From Bacteroidia bacterium (lineage in GTDB: Bacteria > Bacteroidota > Bacteroidia > M30B66): a stretch of DNA of 64,000 nt. The stretch spans positions 2,272,001 to 2,336,000 of the forward strand of contig OZ257142.1 of NCBI GenBank assembly GCA_965279035.1. The letters run 5' to 3'. The translations under genes and the position numbers were made by a program. How positions within the stretch are numbered: position 1 is the first letter of the stretch; each line of letters starts with the position of its first letter. Shown here in pieces: positions 46,081 to 55,760 of the stretch. The notes below the pieces were generated by a model, which worked only from the letters and a program-made list of their open reading frames with translations, was not told the origin of the DNA and did not search any database.

Positions 46081-47448
46081 ATGAAGCAAGAAGGAAAAAT
46101 ATTAATTGTTGATGACGACGAGGATGTATTGCAAGCTGCATCGATGTTGTTGAGAAAGCAATACACAGGAGTTCAAACCATTCGAGATCCACAAAAATTG
46201 ACGGCACTTTTACGAAGAGAGTCTTTTGATGTGATTTTGTTGGATATGAATTTTACCGAAGATATTCATAGCGGACGCGAAGGATTTTTTTGGTTGCGAA
46301 ATATTAAAGTGCTTGCACCCGATACGATAGTTGTTTTATTTACTGCCTTTGGTGATGTCGAATTAGCAGTGCGTTCAATAAAAGAAGGAGCTTTTGATTT
46401 TGTGTTGAAACCTTGGCAAAATGAGAAACTCTTAGCCACGATGAATGCTGCTTTTCAATTATTGGGAACTCGGGCAGAAATATCGGTATTGAAAAAGCGT
46501 GAGAACGATTTAGTTCAAACGATTAATGCGAGTCCAACCGAATTTATTGGAAAGAGTCAAGCGATGAAAAAGGTGTTTGCTACCATTTCGAAAGTAGCAA
46601 TAACCGAAGCCAATGTATTGATTACGGGAGAAAATGGAACTGGAAAGGAATTAGTAGCACGCGAATTACATCGATTATCGTCCCGTAAAAGCAAGGCATT
46701 TATTGGAGTGGATATGGGTTCTTTGAGTGAACATTTGTTTGAATCGGAATTGTTTGGGCATGTGAAAGGAGCTTTTACTGATGCACGAGAGGATCGGCCT
46801 GGTCGCTTTGAAGTTGCACAGGGCGGTTCGATTTTTTTAGATGAAATTGGAAATATTCCACTCACACTTCAGCCTAAATTATTAGCGGTTTTGCAGAATC
46901 GTCAAATTACCCGTGTTGGTTCGAATAAACTCATTCCCATTGATGTACGTTTGATTTGTGCAACCAATTTGGATTTGCATCAACAAGTCCAACAGCAGCG
47001 ATTCCGACAGGATTTATTGTATCGCATTAATACCGTTGAAATTTCATTACCTGCATTGAGAGAACGACTAGAAGATATTCCGCTTTTGGCTGAATACTAC
47101 TTGGATTTTTATTCTCGAAAGTATCAGAAGAAAATGAAATCACTTTCGAAACAAACATTGAAAATATTGAGTGAGCAGCATTGGCCGGGCAATGTGCGTG
47201 AATTACAACATACTATTGAACGAGCCATTATTTTGAGTGAAGGTGATTCCTTGATGCCTTCGGATGTGATTTCAAATTCACCATCAGCCGAAATTGATTT
47301 GAAGGATAAAATGAATTTGGAAGTATTGGAAAAAGCAACCGTGTTGAAAGCAATCAATAAAAACAATGGAGTGATTTCGCAAGCTGCTGCCGAATTGGGA
47401 TTGTCGCGCGCTGCACTATACCGAAGAATGGAGAAATATGGTTTATAA
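46081..47448 (+). CDS. Sigma54-dependent NtrC-family response regulator
   Basis: Receiver DMNF, GENGTGKE, ESELFGH.KGAFTDA, WPGNVREL, Fis-type HTH. Confidence 0.95.
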   Translation: MKQEGKILIVDDDEDVLQAASMLLRKQYTGVQTIRDPQKLTALLRRESFDVILLDMNFTEDIHSGREGFFWLRNIKVLAPDTIVVLFTAFGDVELAVRSIKEGAFDFVLKPWQNEKLLATMNAAFQLLGTRAEISVLKKRENDLVQTINASPTEFIGKSQAMKKVFATISKVAITEANVLITGENGTGKELVARELHRLSSRKSKAFIGVDMGSLSEHLFESELFGHVKGAFTDAREDRPGRFEVAQGGSIFLDEIGNIPLTLQPKLLAVLQNRQITRVGSNKLIPIDVRLICATNLDLHQQVQQQRFRQDLLYRINTVEISLPALRERLEDIPLLAEYYLDFYSRKYQKKMKSLSKQTLKILSEQHWPGNVRELQHTIERAIILSEGDSLMPSDVISNSPSAEIDLKDKMNLEVLEKATVLKAINKNNGVISQAAAELGLSRAALYRRMEKYGL

Positions 47449-48778
47449 TCATTTCCGACGCTTTTTAATTCTGCGGGTGATTCTGATTTTTCTGAATCTG
47501 TTGTTGATTTCGTGGATGTTGGTGAAGACCGAGTTTTATGTGACCATAACTTTTTTGAGTGTTGCAGCAATTATTCAAACAGGCTTATTAATTCGTTATG
47601 TAGATGTCACAAATGACCGTTTGAGTCGTTTTTTTGAATCGATTCGTCACAGCGATTTCACCCAAGTTTTCAGATCATCTACCGAAGATCGTTCCTTGAT
47701 AGCCTTGAATAAAGAAATGAATGCTGTATTGGATGAATTTAGAAAGTTACGCAGAGATAGAGAAGAGAAGGAATTGTTTTTACAAAGTATTGTTCAGCAC
47801 GTTGGAATTGGATTGTTGGTGTATGATCAAGATGGGAAAATACATTGGCTTAATACTGCAAGTAAACGTTTGCTCCGAATAAAAGCTTTAAAACGTATTG
47901 ACGAATTGCAAGGACCAGCTAGTGAGGCAATGAGTTTATTGCAAAAAGCCCAAGGAGGAGATGTGTTTTTATTGAAGTTTTATGCTGATGGCGAAGTGTT
48001 CCAACTATCGATTTCGGTAGGAGAATGTTTGATGAGAGAAACGCGATTGCGCATTGCTTCAATTCAGAATATTGGGAACGAATTGAATAAAAAAGAATTG
48101 GAAGCTTGGCATATGTTGACACGTGTGTTGGCGCATGAAATAATGAATTCGATGACACCTATTATTTCGCTTGCTTCATCAGCATCTCAAGTTTTACAAA
48201 CGGAACACATCGAAACAATTCCCAATGAAGATTATCAGGATGTTTTGGAAGCAGTAAAAACGATTGAGAGAAGAGCCGAAGGACTTACTCGTTTTGTTGA
48301 TACATACCGAAGTTTAACACGAATTCCCAAACCTGTTTTTAAAGAAGTCGCCCTGAAGCAATTGTTTTTGGATGTTGAAGTTTTGATGAAAGAGAAAATG
48401 GAAGCTGCAGGTATTTTATTTCGAATAGAACATTCTGCGCATGAAATTTATGGAACACTTGATCAGTCTTTAATTGAGCAGGTACTTATTAATTTATTAT
48501 TGAATGCAGTAGATGCCTTATCAGATATTCCAAATCCTCAAATTATTTTGCGCTATGGTGTTGATTTAAAAAGCCGGATAACGATTGAAGTTGAGGACAA
48601 TGGGAAAGGCATTTTAACTGAGATTTTAGAAGAAATATTTATTCCATTTTTCACAACAAAACGGAGTGGTTCGGGAATAGGATTGAGTTTGTCGCGACAG
48701 ATTATGGCTTTACATGGAGGGACCATTCATGCAGAATCGGACTTAGGTAAAAAGACGGTTTTTACACTGAAGTTTTAG
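47438..48778 (+). CDS. Sensor histidine kinase (NtrY-like)
   Basis: Two TM helices, PAS, AHEIMNS, NLLLNA, DNGKG, GSGIGL. Confidence 0.93.
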   Translation: MVYNHFRRFLILRVILIFLNLLLISWMLVKTEFYVTITFLSVAAIIQTGLLIRYVDVTNDRLSRFFESIRHSDFTQVFRSSTEDRSLIALNKEMNAVLDEFRKLRRDREEKELFLQSIVQHVGIGLLVYDQDGKIHWLNTASKRLLRIKALKRIDELQGPASEAMSLLQKAQGGDVFLLKFYADGEVFQLSISVGECLMRETRLRIASIQNIGNELNKKELEAWHMLTRVLAHEIMNSMTPIISLASSASQVLQTEHIETIPNEDYQDVLEAVKTIERRAEGLTRFVDTYRSLTRIPKPVFKEVALKQLFLDVEVLMKEKMEAAGILFRIEHSAHEIYGTLDQSLIEQVLINLLLNAVDALSDIPNPQIILRYGVDLKSRITIEVEDNGKGILTEILEEIFIPFFTTKRSGSGIGLSLSRQIMALHGGTIHAESDLGKKTVFTLKF

Positions 48779-48792
48779 TCTTGCAAAATGCT

Positions 48793-48908
48793 GCGTTAGC
48801 GGTAGAAGTGGAAAGCCCGGATTATATGCCATAGCCTTGGCGAAGGCATACAGGAGGTTCCGAAAGCTATCGGAATGGAAAGTATAACGCGGCCTGAAGG
48901 GAACGCCC
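48793..48908 (+). repeat. Composite Flavo-1-like structured repeat, copy 2
   Basis: GCGTTAG..TAGAAGTGGAAAGCCCG...GGGAACGCCC scaffold; AGGTTCCGAAAGCTATCGGAATG (22/23 identical to 13025-13047) and AGCCTTGGCGAAG.CATACA. Confidence 0.6.
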
Positions 48909-49627
48909 TAATTCAATTTCAAATCAGAAGGCAGAAAAAGTTTGAAGGTATTTGATTGAAATGTTGCGTATTCTAAATGTCCCATGAATTGTTCGTCGCT
49001 GCTTAGAAAATGCAGGTGAATATTGGTATCGTGATGCGTGAAAATTCCTTTGTGCTCGCGTGAATAAAAGCCCAAACAGGATCCTTCTTTTTCGAAAATG
49101 GGATAGTTTACTTGGCCTTTATGCGCATCATCGGGTGATTTTACTACTGAACCTGGAGCCAAATGAACCACATGCACATTTCCAATTTCAATGATACCCA
49201 TGAGCTGGAAAGGCACTGGTTGATTGACTTTTGCCAAGAGTTTATTGAGATAATCTTCAAGTTGATCGAGTCGTACAATGGAATCGGGTAAAGCATGTTG
49301 CGTCCATGCTGGCACTTGGGCATACACGAAAAATGGAGCTTTAGCATGAAAGCTTTGTGTGACGCTCATTTTGCTAGCTGACTTCACTTGCGACTGATAG
49401 GCTTTTCCATTGAAAATGAGTAATTCGCCTTGAAGGAATTCGAGAGGGCCAAGGCCATTGATAAATGATTTCTTTTCTAAAGAATCGAGTTGGATCGTTC
49501 CCTTCAATTGCCCTTTCCACATTACATTTCGCATTGCGCCAGATACAAAAACACTCGTTGAATTTTGGGCTTGAGCAATGAGTTGTAAACCTAAAAATAA
49601 GCAGAATAATAGGAAGCGAATTATCAT
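48908..49627 (-). CDS. Acetolactate decarboxylase family protein with signal peptide
   Basis: GLG...LQGEL..FNG, GFYS, HLHF...GH zinc ligands. Confidence 0.75.
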   Translation of the reverse strand: MIIRFLLFCLFLGLQLIAQAQNSTSVFVSGAMRNVMWKGQLKGTIQLDSLEKKSFINGLGPLEFLQGELLIFNGKAYQSQVKSASKMSVTQSFHAKAPFFVYAQVPAWTQHALPDSIVRLDQLEDYLNKLLAKVNQPVPFQLMGIIEIGNVHVVHLAPGSVVKSPDDAHKGQVNYPIFEKEGSCLGFYSREHKGIFTHHDTNIHLHFLSSDEQFMGHLEYATFQSNTFKLFLPSDLKLN

Positions 49628-49642
49628 TTAATAGGGAGAATA

Positions 49643-50518
49643 TTATTCTACATTGATAGGAAATACCGAGTAATAATTGACCATTTCGGGAAATGTTTTT
49701 CCAGAGTTATAGGTTTCTAAAAATAAGTTGTACCAACGATAATAAAAGCGATTTCTTAATAAATAAGCGTTGTTCATTTTATAGTCGAAGCGATCGCATT
49801 GAAACGCATTAGCCGATAAAAGCAAATTATTGAGATGAACTTGCGATTGTGCGTTAATAGAGTTTTTGGCTATACCGGTTCTACCTTGCAATCGCGATTC
49901 GGCTTTGATAAAAAGTGCGTACAGATTTTCGTGAATTTTACGTTGAAGTTGAAATTCTTTTAAGAATTCGGGATGGTATTTTTGGACAAAATACTCACCA
50001 GCAACATTGCCTAAAAAATCCCCAAAACTCTCTTCGGCAGCATAAGGAATTTCGAGTTTTGCTTGTTGTCGGTGCACATGTGCCATTTCGTGAAGCACGA
50101 TAAAAACAATGGCTTCGGGAGGATAATACAACATGTAATGCGTCAAACGCACCGCACTTGTTCCTGAAGTTCGATAAATGAGTTCATCGAAGCCGACATT
50201 ACTAAGAGAGTCGGCTTTGATTCGTGCAGCCAAGGTATCGGTTCCGAAAAATTCGAATGCTGGAAAATGATCGGGTAGGAGGATACTGTCGGAACGGGAA
50301 GTATAGAGATAGGTATTTTGCTGTTCAGGGATTTGCCATTCGGTGTAAAACTTCTTATTCAGCTGAAGGTGTAGTGTTTTCTTTCCAAATTTCTCTAATT
50401 CTCGAATGAGTTTTATGCTCTGTTTTTCTTGTTCTGAAAGCCGAATAGGACCATTTGCAGAAACAGTTATACATAAAAATAGCTGCAGCATCACAATTTG
50501 CCACAGCCATTTTTTAAT
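49643..50518 (-). CDS. Putative secreted zinc metallopeptidase (HExxH; aminopeptidase-like)
   Basis: VLHEMAH, EESF, NNAYL. Start uncertain (ATG 50572, ATT 50518 or ATG 50491). Confidence 0.6.
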   Translation of the reverse strand: MKKWLWQIVMLQLFLCITVSANGPIRLSEQEKQSIKLIRELEKFGKKTLHLQLNKKFYTEWQIPEQQNTYLYTSRSDSILLPDHFPAFEFFGTDTLAARIKADSLSNVGFDELIYRTSGTSAVRLTHYMLYYPPEAIVFIVLHEMAHVHRQQAKLEIPYAAEESFGDFLGNVAGEYFVQKYHPEFLKEFQLQRKIHENLYALFIKAESRLQGRTGIAKNSINAQSQVHLNNLLLSANAFQCDRFDYKMNNAYLLRNRFYYRWYNLFLETYNSGKTFPEMVNYYSVFPINVE

Positions 50519-50538
50519 ATTTATTTTAGTAGATTGAA

Positions 50539-51558
50539 TCAATTGACTGGGAAAATTACTTGGGTTTCCCATTTCATCGTATCAGGTTCAAGAGCAGGAT
50601 CGGTAACATATGATTCCCACATAGGACCAGCAATGGAAAGTTTTGAGTTTTCTTTTAAGTATTTCATTACTGCTTCGGAGCCCATCCAGGTATTTTCGTA
50701 TGGTCCTTTATAAATAGCTACGACAGTTTTTCCAGCTTTTAATTTTCCGGGTTTAATATTTCCTTCGGCTTTCCCTGGTTTGTTAACAGGAATCGCAACA
50801 TCCATATCGAAATTGGTTTGTGAATCAGTATAATACATCGCGAATGGAGCACCAGTCATTTCCAATTTTTGTTTTTTGATTGCTTCTTGAATTTTACCAA
50901 AGTATTCTCCCATTTTATTTCCAATGGTTGCAACAGATGCCGTATCATGAATTGCTAAATATTCGAATGCTTCTTGATTACTTTGAGTAACGCTTTCGAC
51001 TTTACCTTTTAAATTCATCGACATGGATGGCATTTTTTCGGTGAGTTTCGAAATATTGTTCAATCCTTTATCGAATTGATCTTCCAGCATGCCTTTCATC
51101 ATTCCACTTATCAAGCGTAAAAAAGGATTGTTTCCATTATCCGTTTCCATGGTCCAAGTCATTTTGGATCCACCACCCGTAACAGCTTCAACTTTATATT
51201 GGCATTTGGAAACCCCCATTCCATCAAATTCCAAATCGGTTTTTACTAATTGATTTTGGATGCTTTCGGTAATGGTCATTTTTCCTTTGCCTGATTCTGG
51301 TCCTTCCCAACTCATCACAGCTCCAGTTCCAGAAGGAATTTCGTTGTATGAATTGACCATTTTAGGATCCATTTCTTTCCATGGTGACCAAGAGTCCCAG
51401 TTTTTAAGAGTATTCACTTGGTTGAAGACTACATCGGGACTTGCTTTCATAACGAGAGAACGTTCGCATACCGATTTTGCAGGCATAATAAATCCGATAA
51501 TGACGAGGAGCAGGATGAGTCCGACTAGACTTAATCCAATGATTTTCAATATTTTCAT
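50539..51558 (-). CDS. SRPBCC domain + GyrI-like small-molecule-binding domain protein
   Basis: TM anchor; W..WSPW...DP SRPBCC region; C-terminal G.PF..Y...GPY...WE.Y.TDP GyrI-like domain. Confidence 0.85.
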   Translation of the reverse strand: MKILKIIGLSLVGLILLLVIIGFIMPAKSVCERSLVMKASPDVVFNQVNTLKNWDSWSPWKEMDPKMVNSYNEIPSGTGAVMSWEGPESGKGKMTITESIQNQLVKTDLEFDGMGVSKCQYKVEAVTGGGSKMTWTMETDNGNNPFLRLISGMMKGMLEDQFDKGLNNISKLTEKMPSMSMNLKGKVESVTQSNQEAFEYLAIHDTASVATIGNKMGEYFGKIQEAIKKQKLEMTGAPFAMYYTDSQTNFDMDVAIPVNKPGKAEGNIKPGKLKAGKTVVAIYKGPYENTWMGSEAVMKYLKENSKLSIAGPMWESYVTDPALEPDTMKWETQVIFPVN

Positions 51559-51680
51559 GAGTAGGGTTGGTTTTGGTTTTACGAAACTAAGGATTTAGAA
51601 TTAAAATCCAAAGACTTATGGGATGATCTATTTGAATGTGTTTATTTCTAATTCAATCTTAATTTTGAAATGAATCATGT

Positions 51681-52709
51681 TTATGAAACAAGTTCATTTA
51701 CACGTGCAATAAATAGTTCAATGTCATTGATTGTTGTATCAAATGAACACATGAGACGAACTTCATTCGTAAATTCATTCCATACATAAAATGGAAATTC
51801 TTGTTGTAGTAATTCGGCAACTCCTTCGGGGAAAATAGCAAATACACCATTCACTTGTACCGGTTGAGTAATGGTAACTTTTCCAGTAGCAATTAATCCC
51901 GCTTCGAGGATTTTAGCCATTTGGTTTGCATGTGAAGCGGTTTGAATCCACAAATCATGTTGAAAGAAGGCGCTGAATTGTGCAGATATAAAGCGCATTT
52001 TCGAAGAAAGTTGCATTCCTTGTTTACGACGATATAGAAAATTTCGGGCAAGCTCTTTATTGAAGAATACGATTGCTTCGCCCATCATCATTCCGTTTTT
52101 TGTACCACCAAAACTCATCACATCTACTCCAGAATCGCGGATGAGTTCTCGGGCAGAAATTCCAAGTGCAGCCACCGCATTCGAAATGCGAGCGCCATCC
52201 ACATGCAAATACAAATTTTCTTTACGAGCTAAATCACCAAATGCTTTTAGCTCCTCTGCAGAATAAAGTGTTCCGTATTCGGTACTTTGAGTGAGTGAAA
52301 TTACTTTCGGTTGAACATGATGCTCCACACCACGACCAACTAAAACGGGGATTACTTGTTCAGGAGTAATTTTCCCATTGACTGATGGTAGCGTTATCAA
52401 TTTAGCTTGCAAAAAGCGCTCAGGAGCTCCAGCTTCATCGGTATAAATATGAGCCATGTCGCTGCAAATAACAGCTTCATACGAACGAATGCAAGATTCC
52501 AAAGCGAGAACATTCGCACCAGTTCCGGAATACACAAAAAATACGTCAATGTCTTCGCCGAACAATTTCTTAAATGCATTTTCTGCATCACGCGTATAGG
52601 TATCGTAACCATAGCCTTTCACATGTCCTTGATTGACATTAACAATGGCTTCGAGAATTTGCGGGTGAATTCCTGAACAATTATCGGATGCAAAAAAACG
52701 TGCATTCAT
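51681..52709 (-). CDS. ltaE: Low-specificity L-threonine aldolase
   Basis: FASDN, GTGAN, AHI..DE, LHVDGAR, FGGTKNG (PLP lysine). Confidence 0.92.
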   Translation of the reverse strand: MNARFFASDNCSGIHPQILEAIVNVNQGHVKGYGYDTYTRDAENAFKKLFGEDIDVFFVYSGTGANVLALESCIRSYEAVICSDMAHIYTDEAGAPERFLQAKLITLPSVNGKITPEQVIPVLVGRGVEHHVQPKVISLTQSTEYGTLYSAEELKAFGDLARKENLYLHVDGARISNAVAALGISARELIRDSGVDVMSFGGTKNGMMMGEAIVFFNKELARNFLYRRKQGMQLSSKMRFISAQFSAFFQHDLWIQTASHANQMAKILEAGLIATGKVTITQPVQVNGVFAIFPEGVAELLQQEFPFYVWNEFTNEVRLMCSFDTTINDIELFIARVNELVS

Positions 52710-52826
52710 ATTCTTTGAAAATTTTCACAAAGATGCTGATTTCATTGTGCTGATAAATTAGATACGGAAGATTCTATTGACATTAGATTAGTGAAAAATT
52801 TCCTTAAAATTTATCTACATTTCAGC

Positions 52827-53741
52827 ATGCAGATTTTATTGAAGCCACTCCTAGTCTTATTCCTTCTAATCATGCTTCAATCCTGCAATCAAGCTGATCC
52901 AGAAAACCCTTCAGAATCTCCGAAAATTGCAACAAAAGATTCCATTGTTGACACATTGAAACCAGCAATAAAAATTCAGATCCACTATAAAATGCTGGTC
53001 CTAACTGATTCAATTCGTAAAAGACTTTCTAAAGATTTTCCCGAGAATCAACTAGCAACAGTGTGTGCTTTAAATCGCATTGATTTATTTCGAATTCATC
53101 GGGTTGATAGTTTAATTATCCCCGATACACTTAGTCCGAATTTTATCGACTATTCTCCTTTTCCAGACAGTGTTTCTCAATACACCGGTATCCATAAAAT
53201 CATTGTGATTTCTTATCCATTACAAGCTTTTGGAATTTATGATCAAGGTATTTTACAACGCTGGGGACCTGTGTGTATGGGTAAAAAAGCAACTCCAACA
53301 CCCACTGGTTTATTTCATACTAATTGGAAATCGAAAAGTCAAATAAGCACCGATAATCCCGATTGGATTTTACCTTGGTATTTTAATTTGGTGAATAATA
53401 CCGGAGTTTCATTTCATCAATTTGATTTACCTGGATTTCCGGCAAGTCATTCCTGTATACGATTAGGCGAAGAAGATGCAAAATGGATTTATTCCTTTGC
53501 GGATCAATGGAAATTAGATGATACAGGAAGGAAAATAATCGCCTATGGAACTCCAGTTATTATTTTTGGTGAATACGGATTTGGAAAACAGCGTCCATGG
53601 TATGGTCTTGTAAAAAATCCCAAAGCCAATCAAATTTCTTCTGATTCTCTCGAAAAAATAATGAATCCTTATCGAGAATTTATTGAAGAAAGACAAGCGA
53701 ATCGTGATTCATTAGAAATAAAAAAAACAAATCTCAATTAA
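52827..53741 (+). CDS. L,D-transpeptidase (YkuD) lipoprotein
   Basis: Lipobox LQSC; TPTG.F; FHQ..LPGFPASHSCIRL catalytic motif. Confidence 0.88.
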   Translation: MQILLKPLLVLFLLIMLQSCNQADPENPSESPKIATKDSIVDTLKPAIKIQIHYKMLVLTDSIRKRLSKDFPENQLATVCALNRIDLFRIHRVDSLIIPDTLSPNFIDYSPFPDSVSQYTGIHKIIVISYPLQAFGIYDQGILQRWGPVCMGKKATPTPTGLFHTNWKSKSQISTDNPDWILPWYFNLVNNTGVSFHQFDLPGFPASHSCIRLGEEDAKWIYSFADQWKLDDTGRKIIAYGTPVIIFGEYGFGKQRPWYGLVKNPKANQISSDSLEKIMNPYREFIEERQANRDSLEIKKTNLN

Positions 53742-53742
53742 T

Positions 53743-54111
53743 ATGAAAGATCAAATTCCACTTTTCTTTATTGGTTTTGTTGCACTCATTCACCTCTATA
53801 TTTTATGGATGGAAATGTTTGCTTGGACAAGCCGAGGTCCCAAGGTATTTAAGCAATTTCCCAAAGATTTATTTGTTCCAACCAAAGCTTTAGCTGCCAA
53901 TCAAGGATTGTATAATGGATTTCTCGCAGCCGGATTAATTTGGAGTATGTTGATTAATCATCCAGAGTGGAGAATCAATGTGGCGATTTTCTTTTTGTCT
54001 TGTGTTGCCATTGCTGGAATTTATGGTGCATCAACAGCTGATAAAAAGATATTTTATGTTCAAGTTGTTCCAGCATTATTGAGCATTGGAGCAATTCTTT
54101 TTTGCTGGTAG
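53743..54111 (+). CDS. DUF1304 family membrane protein
   Basis: H.YI..MEMF.W, ANQGLYNGFLAAG. Confidence 0.9.
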   Translation: MKDQIPLFFIGFVALIHLYILWMEMFAWTSRGPKVFKQFPKDLFVPTKALAANQGLYNGFLAAGLIWSMLINHPEWRINVAIFFLSCVAIAGIYGASTADKKIFYVQVVPALLSIGAILFCW

Positions 54112-54129
54112 AAATCTTCTTCTTTTGTT

Positions 54130-54747
54130 TTAGTGGTTCCGTTTTTTGAGAAATTTTTTCTCACCTGCGGGAATTTCAATTTTCAACCGATTCTCTGCAG
54201 GTGGAACAGGGCAATTATATCCGTCGCTATATGCGCAGTATGGATTGTAGCACTTATTAAAATCGACATGCAAAGTATTGTTTTGAATATCGGGAATACT
54301 AAAATCGAGGTATCGACCACCTTCGTAAGTTGATTCTCCATTACTTAAATCGGTAAAGGGAAGAAAGAGATAATTCTTATAAGCAGAATCTTTCATTAAA
54401 CTCAAGTTTTGATAAATACTCAAGGTGAAATGTGTGCCTTTATGATCAAAATCGAGTGTTCCGTATTTTTTATAGGTTCGTGTTTGACCGCTATAGGTTG
54501 GTAATTCAAAAGGTTTGGAATCGTAAGTTGCAGTGAAATGAGCTTTTAATAACCAAGAATGATTGGGAGGAAAAAAATCAATAAAGCCTGTATCAGCAGC
54601 TGAGATTGGAGAACGAGGATGATCGGTAAATTCAGCTTTATACGCCCTTCGGTGTTTTACAATATCAGCCTCGTAATTTTCAACATGGCTTTGAGATTTG
54701 GCTATGAAAGATCCTAATAGGAAGATAGATATAAGTAGTTGTTTCAT
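54130..54747 (-). CDS. DUF1684 family protein
   Basis: FLPFTD.SNG..TY.GGRY, DFN.CYNPYCAYS..Y.CP.PP.EN; signal peptide from ATG 54747. Confidence 0.9.
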   Translation of the reverse strand: MKQLLISIFLLGSFIAKSQSHVENYEADIVKHRRAYKAEFTDHPRSPISAADTGFIDFFPPNHSWLLKAHFTATYDSKPFELPTYSGQTRTYKKYGTLDFDHKGTHFTLSIYQNLSLMKDSAYKNYLFLPFTDLSNGESTYEGGRYLDFSIPDIQNNTLHVDFNKCYNPYCAYSDGYNCPVPPAENRLKIEIPAGEKKFLKKRNH

Positions 54748-54838
54748 AAAATGGAATGAGAAACAAACATACGATTTGCTAGATAAATAATTTTTAATGC
54801 AGCATGTAAATCTCGATGCATTTGAATTAATCAATAAA

Positions 54839-55279
54839 TTAATTCGGCTCTAAATGCAATTCAAGATTGGTGCTTTCTTGTCGCAACCACAATTCCTTTT
54901 CTTTTAATTTTAAAATGATATAGGTTACATCCGCTAAATTGTTGTCATAATCAATTTGTAATTTATCGTCATTACTTGTAAAATTCCAATTTCCTTGGGT
55001 TGTATAATCATAATCGAGTGTTAGGAATGAATAATGAGCAGTTAAGTTTGCATTACCCGACTTGGTTAATGAAATATCATATCGATCAAAACTACTTGTT
55101 ACGTCAGAACCATTATCTAATGCTTTTTCAATTTTCCAATTATTGGCAATGCGTTCGTTTCTAGGAACAAAACTAATCATCGGACCATCTTCGTATTTAT
55201 TACATGAACTTAGACTGAGAAAGAGAATGATTGTAATAAGTAAAGCAACTTTAATCGTATTCATATTGTTGGTATTCAA
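54839..55279 (-). CDS. Lipocalin-like lipoprotein
   Basis: Lipobox LSSC, KYEDGP..S, W.I and G.W.F motifs, ILKL...EL.L. Confidence 0.7.
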   Translation of the reverse strand: MNTNNMNTIKVALLITIILFLSLSSCNKYEDGPMISFVPRNERIANNWKIEKALDNGSDVTSSFDRYDISLTKSGNANLTAHYSFLTLDYDYTTQGNWNFTSNDDKLQIDYDNNLADVTYIILKLKEKELWLRQESTNLELHLEPN

Positions 55280-55462
55280 TTAAAATGATGATACAAATTT
55301 CTATTATGATGTATTAAAACTGTTACACCGCCTCCATGAATAGTTTAATAATTCACATATTAAAGCGGAAACAAATTCACTAAACGAATAAAATCCAATT
55401 GTCAACCTATATTTGCAAATCACCTTAAACATTTGTTCAGTTTTTACTCCTAAGTATTTGGT

Positions 55463-55723
55463 ATGACCAATAATGATATTCTTAAAAAGCTACGAGTAGC
55501 ATTGCATCTCAGAAATGAGCAAATTGTTGAAATTCTTCAATTAGTAAATTTCAGAATGACAGCATCAGAATTGAGTGCTTTTTTCCGAAGCGAGGATCAT
55601 CCCAATTACAAACCCTGTGGTGATCAGGTTTTACGGAATTTTCTGAATGGTTTAATTATTCATTTGCGTGGACCTATGGATGAAAAGAAAGGTGAAAATC
55701 CACCAATCGAACCTTCAAATTGA
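55463..55723 (+). CDS. DUF1456 family protein
   Basis: MTNNDILKKLRVAL, CGDQ.LRNFLNGL...RG. Confidence 0.9.
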   Translation: MTNNDILKKLRVALHLRNEQIVEILQLVNFRMTASELSAFFRSEDHPNYKPCGDQVLRNFLNGLIIHLRGPMDEKKGENPPIEPSN

Positions 55724-55760
55724 ATTATAAATTCTATATAAATAAAACAATTTCAATTCC

